Assembly: GCA_033791445.1 (NCBI GenBank)
Contig: JASJGS010000044.1
Span: forward strand, 833-64,832
Direction of reading: 5' to 3'
Source of the DNA: Bacteroidales bacterium
Lineage (GTDB): Bacteria; Bacteroidota; Bacteroidia; Bacteroidales; VadinHA17
Length of the DNA: 64,000 nucleotides
Under the pieces are notes generated by a model, which saw only the letters and a list, made by a program, of their open reading frames with translations, was not told where the DNA came from and did no database searches. A program made the translations under genes and the position numbers. Below, in pieces: positions 1-10,313 of this stretch (position 1 is its first letter; each line of letters opens with the position of its first letter).

Positions 1-326
1 TCCCAGTTCGAAGGAACAGGAATATCGTCCCAATCTGCAACATTATATTTTGGTTTAAAAAAATCTTCAGGTCTGTCGGCAGGGTTCTTTACCCAATTAA
101 ACTTCCAGGTTCCATTTAATGATTTGTAAAAAGGGGAATTCTCCTTTTTATTACTGAGGAGGTTTGCGATATTGTCAAATGGCATCAAGCTTGCATGGGG
201 CTCTTCCTTATTCTGGTTAAACATTTTTGGATTTTCTAAATCAGCAGGAAACTCTTGTTGAGCAATAATTGTATTTGATATTACCAGGGCAAAAAATGTG
301 AAGGATAACCAGAGTCTTGATTTCAT
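1..326 (-). CDS. Glycoside hydrolase family 2 (beta-galactosidase-like), N-terminal fragment; the gene continues past the left window edge
   Basis: Absent from the ORF track because it is open at the window edge. My reverse-strand translation from the ATG at 326-324 reads MKSRLWLSFTFFALVISNTIIAQQEFPADLENPKMFNQNKEEPHASLMPFDN...SLNGTWKFNWVKNPADRPEDFF...DWDDIPVPSNWE. That is a signal peptide plus the N-terminal sugar-binding-domain pattern typical of GH2 enzymes. Confidence 0.7.
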   Translation of the reverse strand, partial: MKSRLWLSFTFFALVISNTIIAQQEFPADLENPKMFNQNKEEPHASLMPFDNIANLLSNKKENSPFYKSLNGTWKFNWVKNPADRPEDFFKPKYNVADWDDIPVPSNW

Positions 327-392
327 TTTTACTAAATTTTTAGTGAAAAAATATAAGGCAATAAAGATAAATAATATGGGTAGTTATTGGGA

Positions 393-1880
393 TTATTTTG
401 AGTCTTTTCTTTTTTGTGTAGGAGTTAAATATTCCTCCCAGTAATTAAGTATATCTTCATCAGATGAATTTTCTGTTAGCCCTTTTCTCTCCATTTGGAT
501 TTTATAGCGATCTGTCATAAGATTCCGGGCATATTCAATTTCTTCAGTTGATTCCGGATAGACTCCTTTATCATATTCCAGAAGACAGTAATCCATCACT
601 TCCCTCAAACTTATAAGAGTTTTTTCATATTTTTCAACCAGGGCCAGATTGTTGATTTCATAGGAATCCTTCTGGATGTCATACAACTCTTCTGCTGGTC
701 TGGTGTTTCCCATGAATATCTCCTGTATTGGTGTCAGATTGCCATCCTTTTCCAATAGCTGCATTAATGTTAAAACAGGATATGCTTGCTTCTTATAGGC
801 ATTGAATTGGGTATAGGGTCTTTCAGGATAGAAGTTGCGGATATATTTAAATTTTTTAGTACGAATAGCTCTTATTCGGTCTACAGTTTCATCTCTTCGA
901 TCGCGCATTGAAAAGATATAATCTCTTTTTATGCTTTCAGGTTTCAAAAAATTAATCCCCTGCAAATGGTCTGGAATATTAATCCCCGCCAGAAAAAGAG
1001 AGCTGGGCGCAAGATCGATGTTGCTAATTAGATCATCGGATATACCATGCTTCATATATTTTTCTGGCCACCGAATAATCAGGGGACTATGGATCCCTCC
1101 ATCGTACATAAATTGTTTTGCCCGTACCATTGGGCGGCCCTGATCCCCAAAAAAGAATACAATAGTATTGTCCAGTAGATTTTCATCTTTCAGTCTTTGT
1201 AATACTTTTCCAACCTCCCTGTCCAGTACCTGTATTGTTTCCAGATATAGGGCCCAGTCTTGTCTGGCTATCCAATGATCAGGGTAATAGGGGGGGAGGC
1301 TAATCATTTCCTCCTGAACCGGAAAGATAGTGTCTCTTAGAAAGGGCCTGTGCGGGTAAAAAATCTGGATTTGTGCAAAGAATGCTTGTCCATCTTTTCG
1401 CTGAGACCAATCGGTACCATCATATATACTGTCAGCTATAAAATTATAATCTGTCTTTCCTGGTTCTTCAATATTTCTAAAATTCCCATTACTTGTGAAA
1501 TAACCAGCTTCCTTAAAAAACTTTGTGATGGGTGTAATTCCATGTGGTAAGGATTTTTTGAAGCGGGTTCTATGTTGGTGGGCATCAATGCTAACCGGAT
1601 ACATCCCGGTAATTAATGCAGATCGACTTGGAGAGCAAACAGCTGTTACAGTATAAAAGTTCGTATATCTGATGCCATTTGCAGCCAGATTGTCAAGATT
1701 CGGGGTATACACAACTGGATCTCCGTAGCATCCCAGGTCAGTACCCAGATCGTCCGCTACAATCCAAAGAATATTAGGTCTGTTATCTTGTTTGTTATTT
1801 TCTGAGTTGCAGGAACTTCCCAGGATTCCAATAGTAAGTGAGAAGATTGCCCATTTGAAAATACTTTTAATTAACACCAT
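393..1880 (-). CDS. S1-family (formylglycine-dependent) sulfatase, lipoprotein-type signal
   Basis: 495 aa. N-terminal metal-site block NILWIVADDLG and FGly motif CSPSRSALITGMYP (C-x-P-x-R). Signal peptide ends in ..GSSC. Confidence 0.9.
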   Translation of the reverse strand: MVLIKSIFKWAIFSLTIGILGSSCNSENNKQDNRPNILWIVADDLGTDLGCYGDPVVYTPNLDNLAANGIRYTNFYTVTAVCSPSRSALITGMYPVSIDAHQHRTRFKKSLPHGITPITKFFKEAGYFTSNGNFRNIEEPGKTDYNFIADSIYDGTDWSQRKDGQAFFAQIQIFYPHRPFLRDTIFPVQEEMISLPPYYPDHWIARQDWALYLETIQVLDREVGKVLQRLKDENLLDNTIVFFFGDQGRPMVRAKQFMYDGGIHSPLIIRWPEKYMKHGISDDLISNIDLAPSSLFLAGINIPDHLQGINFLKPESIKRDYIFSMRDRRDETVDRIRAIRTKKFKYIRNFYPERPYTQFNAYKKQAYPVLTLMQLLEKDGNLTPIQEIFMGNTRPAEELYDIQKDSYEINNLALVEKYEKTLISLREVMDYCLLEYDKGVYPESTEEIEYARNLMTDRYKIQMERKGLTENSSDEDILNYWEEYLTPTQKRKDSK

Positions 1881-1963
1881 TTTCGGAATCGATTATTATT
1901 AATTCTGTAATTATAAGAATTATTAAATGGCTATGACATGATAAAAATTAGCAGGCGTCTGAA

Positions 1964-3196
1964 TCATTCTTCGGGCTTTATTATCAATGGGATGTGAACA
2001 TTGTAGGTTCCTGTATCAAGTAATTTTGAAAGCGATTCAATAGAACAGGCAGCGTAAAGAACAGAAGGATTTCCACCATCTTCCAGCAGTAGTTGAGGCC
2101 TTTCTAAATGGGCTACTTTTATAATGGAGTTATTTTTCAGGAGGACTTGTTTCTTCATAAAGAATGGATTCTCAGTAGGCTCCCATTTAAAACCATCAGG
2201 CGAGCTAAGTACTGCAAGACCAGGTTCATCCCCAGTAATTATCCCAGAAAAATCTTTAACAATTGCATAAAAACGATCCTGAATAGAATAATACCATACA
2301 TAAGGATCTTCAGCACTGGCAATTTTACCATCTGGCATTCTGATATCGAAAATTATTTCGTCTTTTGCCTTGAAGGGTCCAGTTGGAGAATCAGATAAAG
2401 CTACTCCATGAATACCTCTCCAGTTTGGATCATAAAAATTACCTTTAAAATATAGTAGGTACTTTTTATCAGCAGGACGGAAAACTACAGAGGGGTTTAC
2501 TACTATAATGTTATCAGGCAAAGCTACAGTTCCCTCTGCGGAAGGATTCACAATATTGTCTTTTTTTACCCTGGTCCTGGGTGCGAGTATGGGTTTATCA
2601 GGTCGAATAAAATTTCCGGCTAGCAGATCTTCGAAATTTTCAAACTCAACTACTCCTATAGTTTGAGACTGTTGTACCCGATTTCTTTTGTTGAGGGATT
2701 CACCTGGAGATCCAGGTGCCTGTTTGCCTGGATCATAGGAACCGATATAATACAGATAATACTTGTTGTTAAACTTTTTTATATGCGGATTATGTACCAT
2801 TTGGGCATCCCAGGCAGTTGTATCCCCGTCAAATCTTCTTCCTTTTAAGATGATCTTCTTAAACTGAAAATCGCGGTCGGGATAATTCGAAACAGCATAT
2901 CCAATCGTTGAATTTAGAACCCAGCTATCACCAAATTTTAGACTATCAGGCCCGGAATCCCAGGTGGAAAAAAACATATGAAACATACCTTTTTCCCCTT
3001 TTACAACGCTCGCCCCCCAAACCAATTTGTTCTCGTCAAGCAATACTCCTGGACCTTTAAGAACCCGAATATCTCCCATTTTCACCTCAGTGGCATCCAG
3101 GGGAACTGGTACATAAGTCCATAAACTATCTGTCTTTTTTTTTGAGTTGCAAGCCAATGCCAGCAAGCTAAAGAGGATAGAAATTAATGTTTTCAT
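1964..3196 (-). CDS. Putative beta-propeller glycoside hydrolase-like lipoprotein (GH43/GH117-clan-like; family not resolved)
   Basis: 410 aa. Lipoprotein signal (LLALAC). Repeated blade-like blocks (MFHMFFSTWDSG, AWDAQMVHNPHIKKFNNKYYLYYIG, VVNPSVVFRPADKKYLLYFKG, AEDPYVWYY). Sits among sulfatases and GHs. Family assignment is by pattern only. Confidence 0.45.
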   Translation of the reverse strand: MKTLISILFSLLALACNSKKKTDSLWTYVPVPLDATEVKMGDIRVLKGPGVLLDENKLVWGASVVKGEKGMFHMFFSTWDSGPDSLKFGDSWVLNSTIGYAVSNYPDRDFQFKKIILKGRRFDGDTTAWDAQMVHNPHIKKFNNKYYLYYIGSYDPGKQAPGSPGESLNKRNRVQQSQTIGVVEFENFEDLLAGNFIRPDKPILAPRTRVKKDNIVNPSAEGTVALPDNIIVVNPSVVFRPADKKYLLYFKGNFYDPNWRGIHGVALSDSPTGPFKAKDEIIFDIRMPDGKIASAEDPYVWYYSIQDRFYAIVKDFSGIITGDEPGLAVLSSPDGFKWEPTENPFFMKKQVLLKNNSIIKVAHLERPQLLLEDGGNPSVLYAACSIESLSKLLDTGTYNVHIPLIIKPEE

Positions 3197-3235
3197 ATTT
3201 TTCCCAATTTACTGGATCAATGCACTAAAGTAATA

Positions 3236-5839
3236 TCAAAATTCAATAAGAAGGACATCAGATCCTTTTTTCTCCTGAGAATTAAGGTTTGTGAAGACTT
3301 TGAAATTGTCTTCGTCACCAATTTCAATTCGATATCTTCCAGGTTCATACACTGGCGGCGAAAATGTGTTTCCTTGAATGCGAAGAGCGTATACCAATTC
3401 ATCCTTTTCCTCATTATAGATTTTAATAACAGGATCCGTCATTCCGGTAACTTCTATATCTGGAAGCCAGGCATTGGGTGAGGGATTATAATTATCTTTT
3501 TGATTTATGGTAATTGGCCAACCTGTATATTGCGAAGCATCCGGATCAGACGGGTCAATGAATCTTGGCCAGCACTCTAAAGTAATATCTCTGGAACTCT
3601 TATTGAATCTTATAATACCATAGCCTGTAGCCCTATCATATAAATTCGAAGGCTTTATACCAGTATATACCGGGTTAGAAACTGCCTCTACAGTTATCTT
3701 GTTTCCAAAACCATCTAAAAAGTCACCTGTATATTTTGGTGATCCTTCCTTCCAGTTTGCACCTGGAGTGGAAGGATACCATCTTCTTGGCCACACATTA
3801 GAGACTGCAGGGACACAAAAAGCAAACCCGGCATCTTTCCAATCGTCAACACCATATTGGATTGTACTCCCCAGGTGTTGGTCACCAGCGAGATGTAAGG
3901 CAAAGGCTTTTCTCATTGCTTTTATGGCCAAATCTCTTTTAGATTGTGGCCATCCGTTTGAGTCAAAGTCGTTTACTGGTCGGTCATCAGGAGCATACTC
4001 ACCTTCGTTAAGGATCCTAAGTTTTGGAACTACTTTATCGTGATATTCTGACTTTGGAAGAGTAGCAACATTGGCAAAGATTGTTTGAGAAAGAACAACT
4101 TTCATCCAGGTTTGATTGGACCAGTCTCCAGCCCATGATTCAAGAAAATTCAGCTGTCTTTTCCCCAATAATACTGCCTCTGGAATATCCCCATATTTCG
4201 CAGCATCCCATTTTTTGTTTTGTGGCCAACCATTGTTTATTTCTGCTTCAGGCAGCATCTTTTTGGGAGCTGACTTAAATTTTCGGTCCTCTATTACTGC
4301 AAAGCTAATCCCGCCGTAATTCATTTCTGTGAAATAAACGCCAATTCCCTGTTCAATTGGTTTAGGATCATAAGGATCGGGTAAATGGCTTGTTTGAGTT
4401 CTTTCAACCATTTTTACCCATTCAGCAGGCATTTTGTAACCTCCTGCATCCTGAGCATTATTTCCTGTTAAACCAGGGGGAGTTGCTATACCTCCTGCTC
4501 CCCAGATATTTCCATGGTATACGTCATGATCATCCGGGATGCTAATGGAGGGAAGGTTACGCAATAAATTTCCGTATTCCCAGCCATAGAGATACCATTT
4601 TCTCAAATAATCCAATGATGCTTTTTCGATGGGGGCTCTCTGTACGCCAAAGCCAGCAACACCTTCATAGATTTGGTCTCCTGAGAAGAATAGTAGGTCA
4701 GGATCATGATGCTTAATCGCTTCGGTAAGGTCGTTATTGGGAAATCCAAGATCATTATTACCGGTAAAACCAGCTACAACAATCTCATTTTTATCGAGTG
4801 GTTCCTTCCGAATAGTACCATCGTACATGTAGCTCATTGATTCAGCATTACCTTGCATAAGATCATACATAAGCCTGTAATTAATATCCCTGGAATTGTC
4901 CCAGTTCTCAATCCTGAAGTTAGCTGTCCTTGACATCGGGTCAATGGTAGCAGAACTTATTTTTTTCCAATCTCCATCAATCATTATTTCCAGGCTAACA
5001 TCTTTTGAATCATTTGCTCCTACCGGAGGCATTTGGGCTGTCATTTTTAAGGTGCCCCGGCTCAGAGTATACTGTGCAAAAAGAACTGGTCCAAATGCAC
5101 GGAGAGGGTAGTTTTTTAGTTTTGTACCAGAGACTTTCCATTCGTCGAACCAGCAACTGGGGATATTATTGTTTCTTCGGTATTCACCAAAATGACTGAC
5201 AAGGGCAATACTTCCGAAGAGGTTCTGCTGAGGAACATCAAGTTCTTCAATTTCAACCAGGACTTCATTCGTTTCAGGATTTATTGCTGACAGTGTAAGC
5301 TTATATTTACCATCCACATTGTTTGCAGTAACCTTTAGCGATATCTCATTTTTAAGAAAAGGGATTAGGGCTTTTGCATTTCCATTTTGTTTTATGGAGG
5401 GTTCTCCAATAAAGAGGTCACCTTCTGCAGTGATGCCTAAGTTTAGACCTTTTCCATAGATAGCATCATCCCGGTAGTCATTAAATTGCCCCCTTGCACC
5501 AATTCGAAAGCCAATCCAGTGTTTGTCATTGTTGGTAAGAGAATCTGCTAACAATCCAGTTTTTACCTGAATCATGAATTCGCCTTGATCCTCTTCCAGT
5601 CTCCAGGTCAGAAGATTTAAATTTCGATTTGATTCGGAAGTGACACATTCTAGCCTTCCATTATTTAGTTGCCAATCTTGAAGTCTGTTTGCCCAATATT
5701 CAGGACCAACCCAAACTCTCTGGATACCATCTGGCCATTGGCTATCAAAGCTTTTCAAACTTTCCTTTTCATTTGTACAGGAACTAAAAGTTGTATAAAC
5801 TAGTAACAAGAGCCAAAACTGAAAACTTCTTCTATTCAT
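3236..5839 (-). CDS. PhoD-like calcineurin-type metallophosphoesterase with a large N-terminal domain, lipoprotein
   Basis: 867 aa. Metallophosphoesterase blocks FFSGDQIYE, IPDDHDVYHGNIWGAGG and LAGDQHLGSTIQYG. Signal ends in ..FSSC. Its start overlaps the stop of the upstream sulfatase by 8 nt (5832-5839). Confidence 0.6.
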   Translation of the reverse strand: MNRRSFQFWLLLLVYTTFSSCTNEKESLKSFDSQWPDGIQRVWVGPEYWANRLQDWQLNNGRLECVTSESNRNLNLLTWRLEEDQGEFMIQVKTGLLADSLTNNDKHWIGFRIGARGQFNDYRDDAIYGKGLNLGITAEGDLFIGEPSIKQNGNAKALIPFLKNEISLKVTANNVDGKYKLTLSAINPETNEVLVEIEELDVPQQNLFGSIALVSHFGEYRRNNNIPSCWFDEWKVSGTKLKNYPLRAFGPVLFAQYTLSRGTLKMTAQMPPVGANDSKDVSLEIMIDGDWKKISSATIDPMSRTANFRIENWDNSRDINYRLMYDLMQGNAESMSYMYDGTIRKEPLDKNEIVVAGFTGNNDLGFPNNDLTEAIKHHDPDLLFFSGDQIYEGVAGFGVQRAPIEKASLDYLRKWYLYGWEYGNLLRNLPSISIPDDHDVYHGNIWGAGGIATPPGLTGNNAQDAGGYKMPAEWVKMVERTQTSHLPDPYDPKPIEQGIGVYFTEMNYGGISFAVIEDRKFKSAPKKMLPEAEINNGWPQNKKWDAAKYGDIPEAVLLGKRQLNFLESWAGDWSNQTWMKVVLSQTIFANVATLPKSEYHDKVVPKLRILNEGEYAPDDRPVNDFDSNGWPQSKRDLAIKAMRKAFALHLAGDQHLGSTIQYGVDDWKDAGFAFCVPAVSNVWPRRWYPSTPGANWKEGSPKYTGDFLDGFGNKITVEAVSNPVYTGIKPSNLYDRATGYGIIRFNKSSRDITLECWPRFIDPSDPDASQYTGWPITINQKDNYNPSPNAWLPDIEVTGMTDPVIKIYNEEKDELVYALRIQGNTFSPPVYEPGRYRIEIGDEDNFKVFTNLNSQEKKGSDVLLIEF

Positions 5840-7286
5840 TGCTTGTGAGGTTAAGTAATTGATTATTAAATTCCAGGTATTTTATTGTATCAAATTCGGG
5901 ATTGATTTTATTAGGGATAGGGGCCAGGATCTCTTTTCTCCATTCATCAAGAATTATTAATAATTCTTCTTTCATTTCAGGATATATTTCTGACAGATCC
6001 TTGGTTTCTCCTATATCATTCTTAAGGTTATACAGCTCAGCTTTGCCATCCTCGTAAAACTCAATTAATTTCCAATCGCCCAGCCTAACTGCCGATGCTG
6101 GTGTTGTACGCCATATTGTTTTCATCCCTTTGTTTCGTTCAAGGTAGGCTGGAAAATGCCAGAAAAGGGGTCTTTCAACTATATCTTTTCCTCTAAGGAG
6201 GGGACGTTTTAAACTAACTCCATCCAAAACAACATTATCAGTGATTTTTACTCGTGCCAGCTGCAAGATGGTTGGGAAAAGGTCAGTTCCAGCTACCGGG
6301 ATATCACAAATGGTAGCTTCTCTTATTTTTCCTGGCCAGGAAATAATAAAGGGTACACGAATTCCCCCTTCATAAAGCATACCTTTAGAACCTCGCAAAG
6401 GTTCCATCCCTGTCACCACACCATGACCACCGTTGTCTGACATAAAAATGACTATTGAATTTTCTCTAAGGTCTAATTCATCTAGTTTATCTAAAATCCT
6501 GCCTATGCTTTCATCCAGACTTTTTACCATGGAGGCATACTTCGGATTTTTCTGCTTACCACTTGGCACTTTTGTGTTGAATAACTCTGTAATACTGTCT
6601 TTGGCCTGGATTGGAGTATGGACTGCATAATGAGGAAGGTATAAGAAAAATGGATTGTCCTTATTCCTGTTAAGGAAGTCAAGCGCTTCTTCTGTGAGAC
6701 GATCCGTTAGATATTCCCCATTTGGCCCATCTGACAGATAGGGGTTTTTATAGGGACTGAAGTAGCTTTTAGGATGGCCTAGCTGGTATCCACCTATATT
6801 TTCATCAAATCCCTGGGTTTGTGGTAAACCAATAGAATCATTTCCAAGATGCCATTTCCCTATTGAGATAGATGTATATCCATTTTTCCCCAAAACTTCT
6901 GCAATGGTAATAAAACTGGTATCTAGTATGGTTTTGTTTTCAATTGGGATGATTTTCCTGAATTCAGATTTACCTCTGGCAGAGGAGTTTACCGTGTATA
7001 TTCCATGACGTGGAGTGTACATGCCTGTTAGTAGGCAAGCACGGGAGGGAGCACAGTTTGGAGCATTGGCATAAGCATTAGTAAATGTCATGCCACTAGC
7101 CGCCAAAGCATCTATCGACGGGGTTTCATAATAATCACTCCCCATAAAACCTGCATCTTTCCAACCCTGGTCATCTGATAAAATAAGAATAATATTGGGT
7201 TTTCTTTTGGACCAGGAAGTGCATGCTTCATTTAACAAGCCTAAAAGGATTGCCAGTGAGATTATAAACAGAAATCTGGGCTTCAT
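5832..7286 (-). CDS. S1-family sulfatase, lipoprotein
   Basis: 484 aa. NIILILSDDQGW and CAPSRACLLTGMYTPRHG (FGly motif). Confidence 0.9.
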   Translation of the reverse strand: MKPRFLFIISLAILLGLLNEACTSWSKRKPNIILILSDDQGWKDAGFMGSDYYETPSIDALAASGMTFTNAYANAPNCAPSRACLLTGMYTPRHGIYTVNSSARGKSEFRKIIPIENKTILDTSFITIAEVLGKNGYTSISIGKWHLGNDSIGLPQTQGFDENIGGYQLGHPKSYFSPYKNPYLSDGPNGEYLTDRLTEEALDFLNRNKDNPFFLYLPHYAVHTPIQAKDSITELFNTKVPSGKQKNPKYASMVKSLDESIGRILDKLDELDLRENSIVIFMSDNGGHGVVTGMEPLRGSKGMLYEGGIRVPFIISWPGKIREATICDIPVAGTDLFPTILQLARVKITDNVVLDGVSLKRPLLRGKDIVERPLFWHFPAYLERNKGMKTIWRTTPASAVRLGDWKLIEFYEDGKAELYNLKNDIGETKDLSEIYPEMKEELLIILDEWRKEILAPIPNKINPEFDTIKYLEFNNQLLNLTSNE

Positions 7287-7328
7287 GAATTTATTTATTG
7301 GCGTGAAATTAGCAAAAAGCTAAAAGTA

Positions 7329-8810
7329 TCACAACATGCCAGAAGCTTGATTATAAAATTCCTCAAGTTCCGGGAATTTGAAAAGATCAGATGGTACATG
7401 AGAATCTTTCATCTCATCTAGAAGCCTGGTTACGATTTCTGGATATTTGCTGGAAAGGTCATTTTGTTCAGCAATATCTTCCTTGATATTATAAAGTTGA
7501 ATGCTAATTTGTTTGTTTTTTGAAATGAGGTTTTGTACCAATAATTTCCAATCTCCATCGGTAATGGCAGCCTGCCCTCCATACGCTGGAAACTCCCAGT
7601 AGAGTGTTTCATGTTTCTCCTGATTATCCTCTCCAAGCAGCGTTGGGAGAAAACTTATACCGTCAGTATTATCAGGTATTTCACTGCCTGATAGTTCACA
7701 GATTGTTGGTAAAACATCCCAAAAAGCAGAAGGCAAGTCGGTCACCGTACCCGGCATAATTTTTCCTGGCCAGGAGACCACCATAGGCTCCCTAATTCCT
7801 CCTTCCAAAAGTGAACCTTTTCGGCCACTTAAAGGCCCGGAACTGTTAAAGAAATCAGAATCAGCCCCACCCAATCGTCCATAGGTGGGTCCATTATCAC
7901 TGGTGAAAATTATTATAGTATTCTTATTAAGCCCAAGTTTTTTAATTCTTTTCATCACCTGGCCAATTCCATCATCCATCTGGCTGATCATTCCTGCATA
8001 TCCAGCATGAGGTGAAGGATGTTGAATATAGCCTTTGTGTTCATATTCTGATTCTGGAATAGAATCTTTATACTTTTCAAGGAAAACTTCATTGGTTTGG
8101 ATGGCCAGATGAGGAATAATAAATGGAAGGAATAGGAAAAATGGGGAGTTTTTATTTTGGTCGATAAATTGAAGAGCCTCTTTTGTAAATAAATCTTGCG
8201 AATGTTGGGCTCCATATAGTGTTCGGTCGTTGCCTTCCAAAGTTTCCATTTTATCATTTCTCCACAAAAAATTTGGATAATGATTGTGGGCATGTACCTG
8301 GCATTTATACCCATAAAAGAGATCAAAACCCTGATTATTCGGATCTCCTGAAGTTCCCTGGCTACCCAGTCCCCATTTGCCAATGCAGGCTGTTGTATAA
8401 CCCTGGTTTTTTAACAGTTCACCAAGGGTTATTTCAGAACCGGGTATTGGATTCTGACCTGGAAAGACCGTTAGTGTGTTTTTTTCTTTGGGTTGTCCAT
8501 TGTTTCGAATATAGGAATGCCCTGTATGTTTACCTGTCATTAGAACACACCTGGAAGGCGCGCATACTGCGGAACCGGCATAAAATCTAGTAAACTTCAT
8601 CCCATTTTCTGCAAGCTTATCAATATTTGGAGTGTTAATGATCTCCTGTCCATAGCATCCGACTTCACCATATCCCATATCATCGGCCATAATAAGAATG
8701 ATATTGGGTTTGTTTTCAACCTGCGAAACCTTTGAGTCCTTGTTCTTGCACCCTGGTATACAAAGTATTAGAATTAGGCTAGTCTTAATTAATATATTTT
8801 TATCAAGCAT
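7329..8810 (-). CDS. S1-family sulfatase, lipoprotein
   Basis: 493 aa. NIILIMADDMGYGE and CAPSRCVLMTGKHTGHS (FGly motif). Confidence 0.9.
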   Translation of the reverse strand: MLDKNILIKTSLILILCIPGCKNKDSKVSQVENKPNIILIMADDMGYGEVGCYGQEIINTPNIDKLAENGMKFTRFYAGSAVCAPSRCVLMTGKHTGHSYIRNNGQPKEKNTLTVFPGQNPIPGSEITLGELLKNQGYTTACIGKWGLGSQGTSGDPNNQGFDLFYGYKCQVHAHNHYPNFLWRNDKMETLEGNDRTLYGAQHSQDLFTKEALQFIDQNKNSPFFLFLPFIIPHLAIQTNEVFLEKYKDSIPESEYEHKGYIQHPSPHAGYAGMISQMDDGIGQVMKRIKKLGLNKNTIIIFTSDNGPTYGRLGGADSDFFNSSGPLSGRKGSLLEGGIREPMVVSWPGKIMPGTVTDLPSAFWDVLPTICELSGSEIPDNTDGISFLPTLLGEDNQEKHETLYWEFPAYGGQAAITDGDWKLLVQNLISKNKQISIQLYNIKEDIAEQNDLSSKYPEIVTRLLDEMKDSHVPSDLFKFPELEEFYNQASGML

Positions 8811-9032
8811 TATTTCAGAATATTATCAAGGGACGATTCAATTCTCGAATTTACAATTTGCATTTATTAAATAAATGATTTTTTGAGTTTTTTTCAAGTA
8901 AAGATGGATTATATGGATAGTCTTTCAAGCAATTACCCGGTGGGCCATCAATAAAATCTATACTTTCAATCCACAGCTTAAATGTTGGTTTAATACTGTA
9001 CTGATCAATTTTTTTTTGATATTTGCTGATAC

Positions 9033-10313
9033 ATGAATCAGAAGTTCAGTGATAATAGGTCAGGAAACAGATGGATTATAATCTTTTGTCTTGTTTTTGC
9101 CGGAGAGATAATCTTCAGTTTGCCCTTTCATGTGGCAAGGTTTTTTCGACCTACCTTATTAGATGTTTTTGGCCTTTCCAATACTGAATTGGGTGATGTT
9201 CTAGCCGTCTATGGTATTGCCGCTATGATATCCTACTTTCCAGGTGGTCCACTTGCAGATCGGTTTTCTGCCCGTAAATTATTATCAATATCTCTCGCAG
9301 GTACAGCATTGGGAGGAGTTTATTTTGCTCAAATTCCTGGTATACTTGGACTTTCTTTTCTTTTTGGATTTTGGGGTGTGACTACCATATTGTTTTTCTG
9401 GGCAGCACTGATTAAGGCTACACAGGCCTGGGGTGGAAAACTGGCACAGGGTAGGGCATTTGGTATTCTGGATGGGGGAAGGGGCCTTATTGCTGCTGGT
9501 GCTGCATCTATTGGTGTGATTCTTTTGGGCCGGTTTCTTCCTGACAGTTCGGAAAGTTTTACCATTGGCCAGAGAACGGAGGCACTGAAAGTTATTATCT
9601 ATTTTTATACCTTCTTAACTTTTATTGCAGCTTTGCTGGTCTGGTTTTTTATTCCGGATTCTAAAGAAAATGCAAGCACAAATAAAAATATACTTGGTAT
9701 CAAGAAGGTACTTGGAAATCGCCTTGTTTGGTTACAGGCACTTGTAGTGGTTTGTTCTTATTGTGGATACAAGGGAATCGATTATTATTCGCTGTATGCA
9801 ACTGATGTTCTGAATCTGAATGAAGTAAGTGCTGCAAGATTCGTAGCCAATGCCAGTTATATCAGGGTTTTTGCAGCTATCTGTGCCGGATTATTAGTTG
9901 ATCGCTTCTCAGCAACGAAGGTAATTCGTATTACATTCATGCTTCTCATAATGAGTTATGTCGCACTTGCATTGTTGTCGCCGACAAGCCATGCAATAAA
10001 TATCATTTATGGAAATTTAATCCTGACTTTTGCTGCTGTTTATGCATTAAGAGGAGTATATTTTGCCTTATTGGATGAGACAAAAGTTGAAAGACTCATT
10101 ACCGGTACAGCGGTGGGCTTTATTTCTCTTATTGGTTATACACCCGATGTGTTTTTTAATTCAATTGCCGGACGAATATTGGATGCATCTCCCGGACCTG
10201 TTGGTTTTCAGCACTTTTTTATGCTTCTTGCCGGATTCTCAGTTCTTGGGTTAATCGCAACTCTAATTATGATCTACACGAATAAACTTAAGATAATTAA
10301 TCCTGAGTTTTAG
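9033..10313 (+). CDS. MFS transporter
   Basis: 426 aa with about 12 hydrophobic segments. MFS motif-A-like GGPLADRFSARK between TM2 and TM3. Its stop codon overlaps the stop of the convergent gene (10310-10313). Confidence 0.8.
   Translation: MNQKFSDNRSGNRWIIIFCLVFAGEIIFSLPFHVARFFRPTLLDVFGLSNTELGDVLAVYGIAAMISYFPGGPLADRFSARKLLSISLAGTALGGVYFAQIPGILGLSFLFGFWGVTTILFFWAALIKATQAWGGKLAQGRAFGILDGGRGLIAAGAASIGVILLGRFLPDSSESFTIGQRTEALKVIIYFYTFLTFIAALLVWFFIPDSKENASTNKNILGIKKVLGNRLVWLQALVVVCSYCGYKGIDYYSLYATDVLNLNEVSAARFVANASYIRVFAAICAGLLVDRFSATKVIRITFMLLIMSYVALALLSPTSHAINIIYGNLILTFAAVYALRGVYFALLDETKVERLITGTAVGFISLIGYTPDVFFNSIAGRILDASPGPVGFQHFFMLLAGFSVLGLIATLIMIYTNKLKIINPEF

Noticed and set aside
3131-3139. 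A9/T9 homopolymer near the 5' end of the propeller-GH lipoprotein gene, considered as a slipped-strand phase-variation switch. Similar tracts occur at about 37813-37821 and about 58673-58680.
   Set aside because: The tracts simply encode Lys runs (KKK) common after lipoprotein/signal sequences in AT-rich genomes. There is no evidence of variability from a single sequence.
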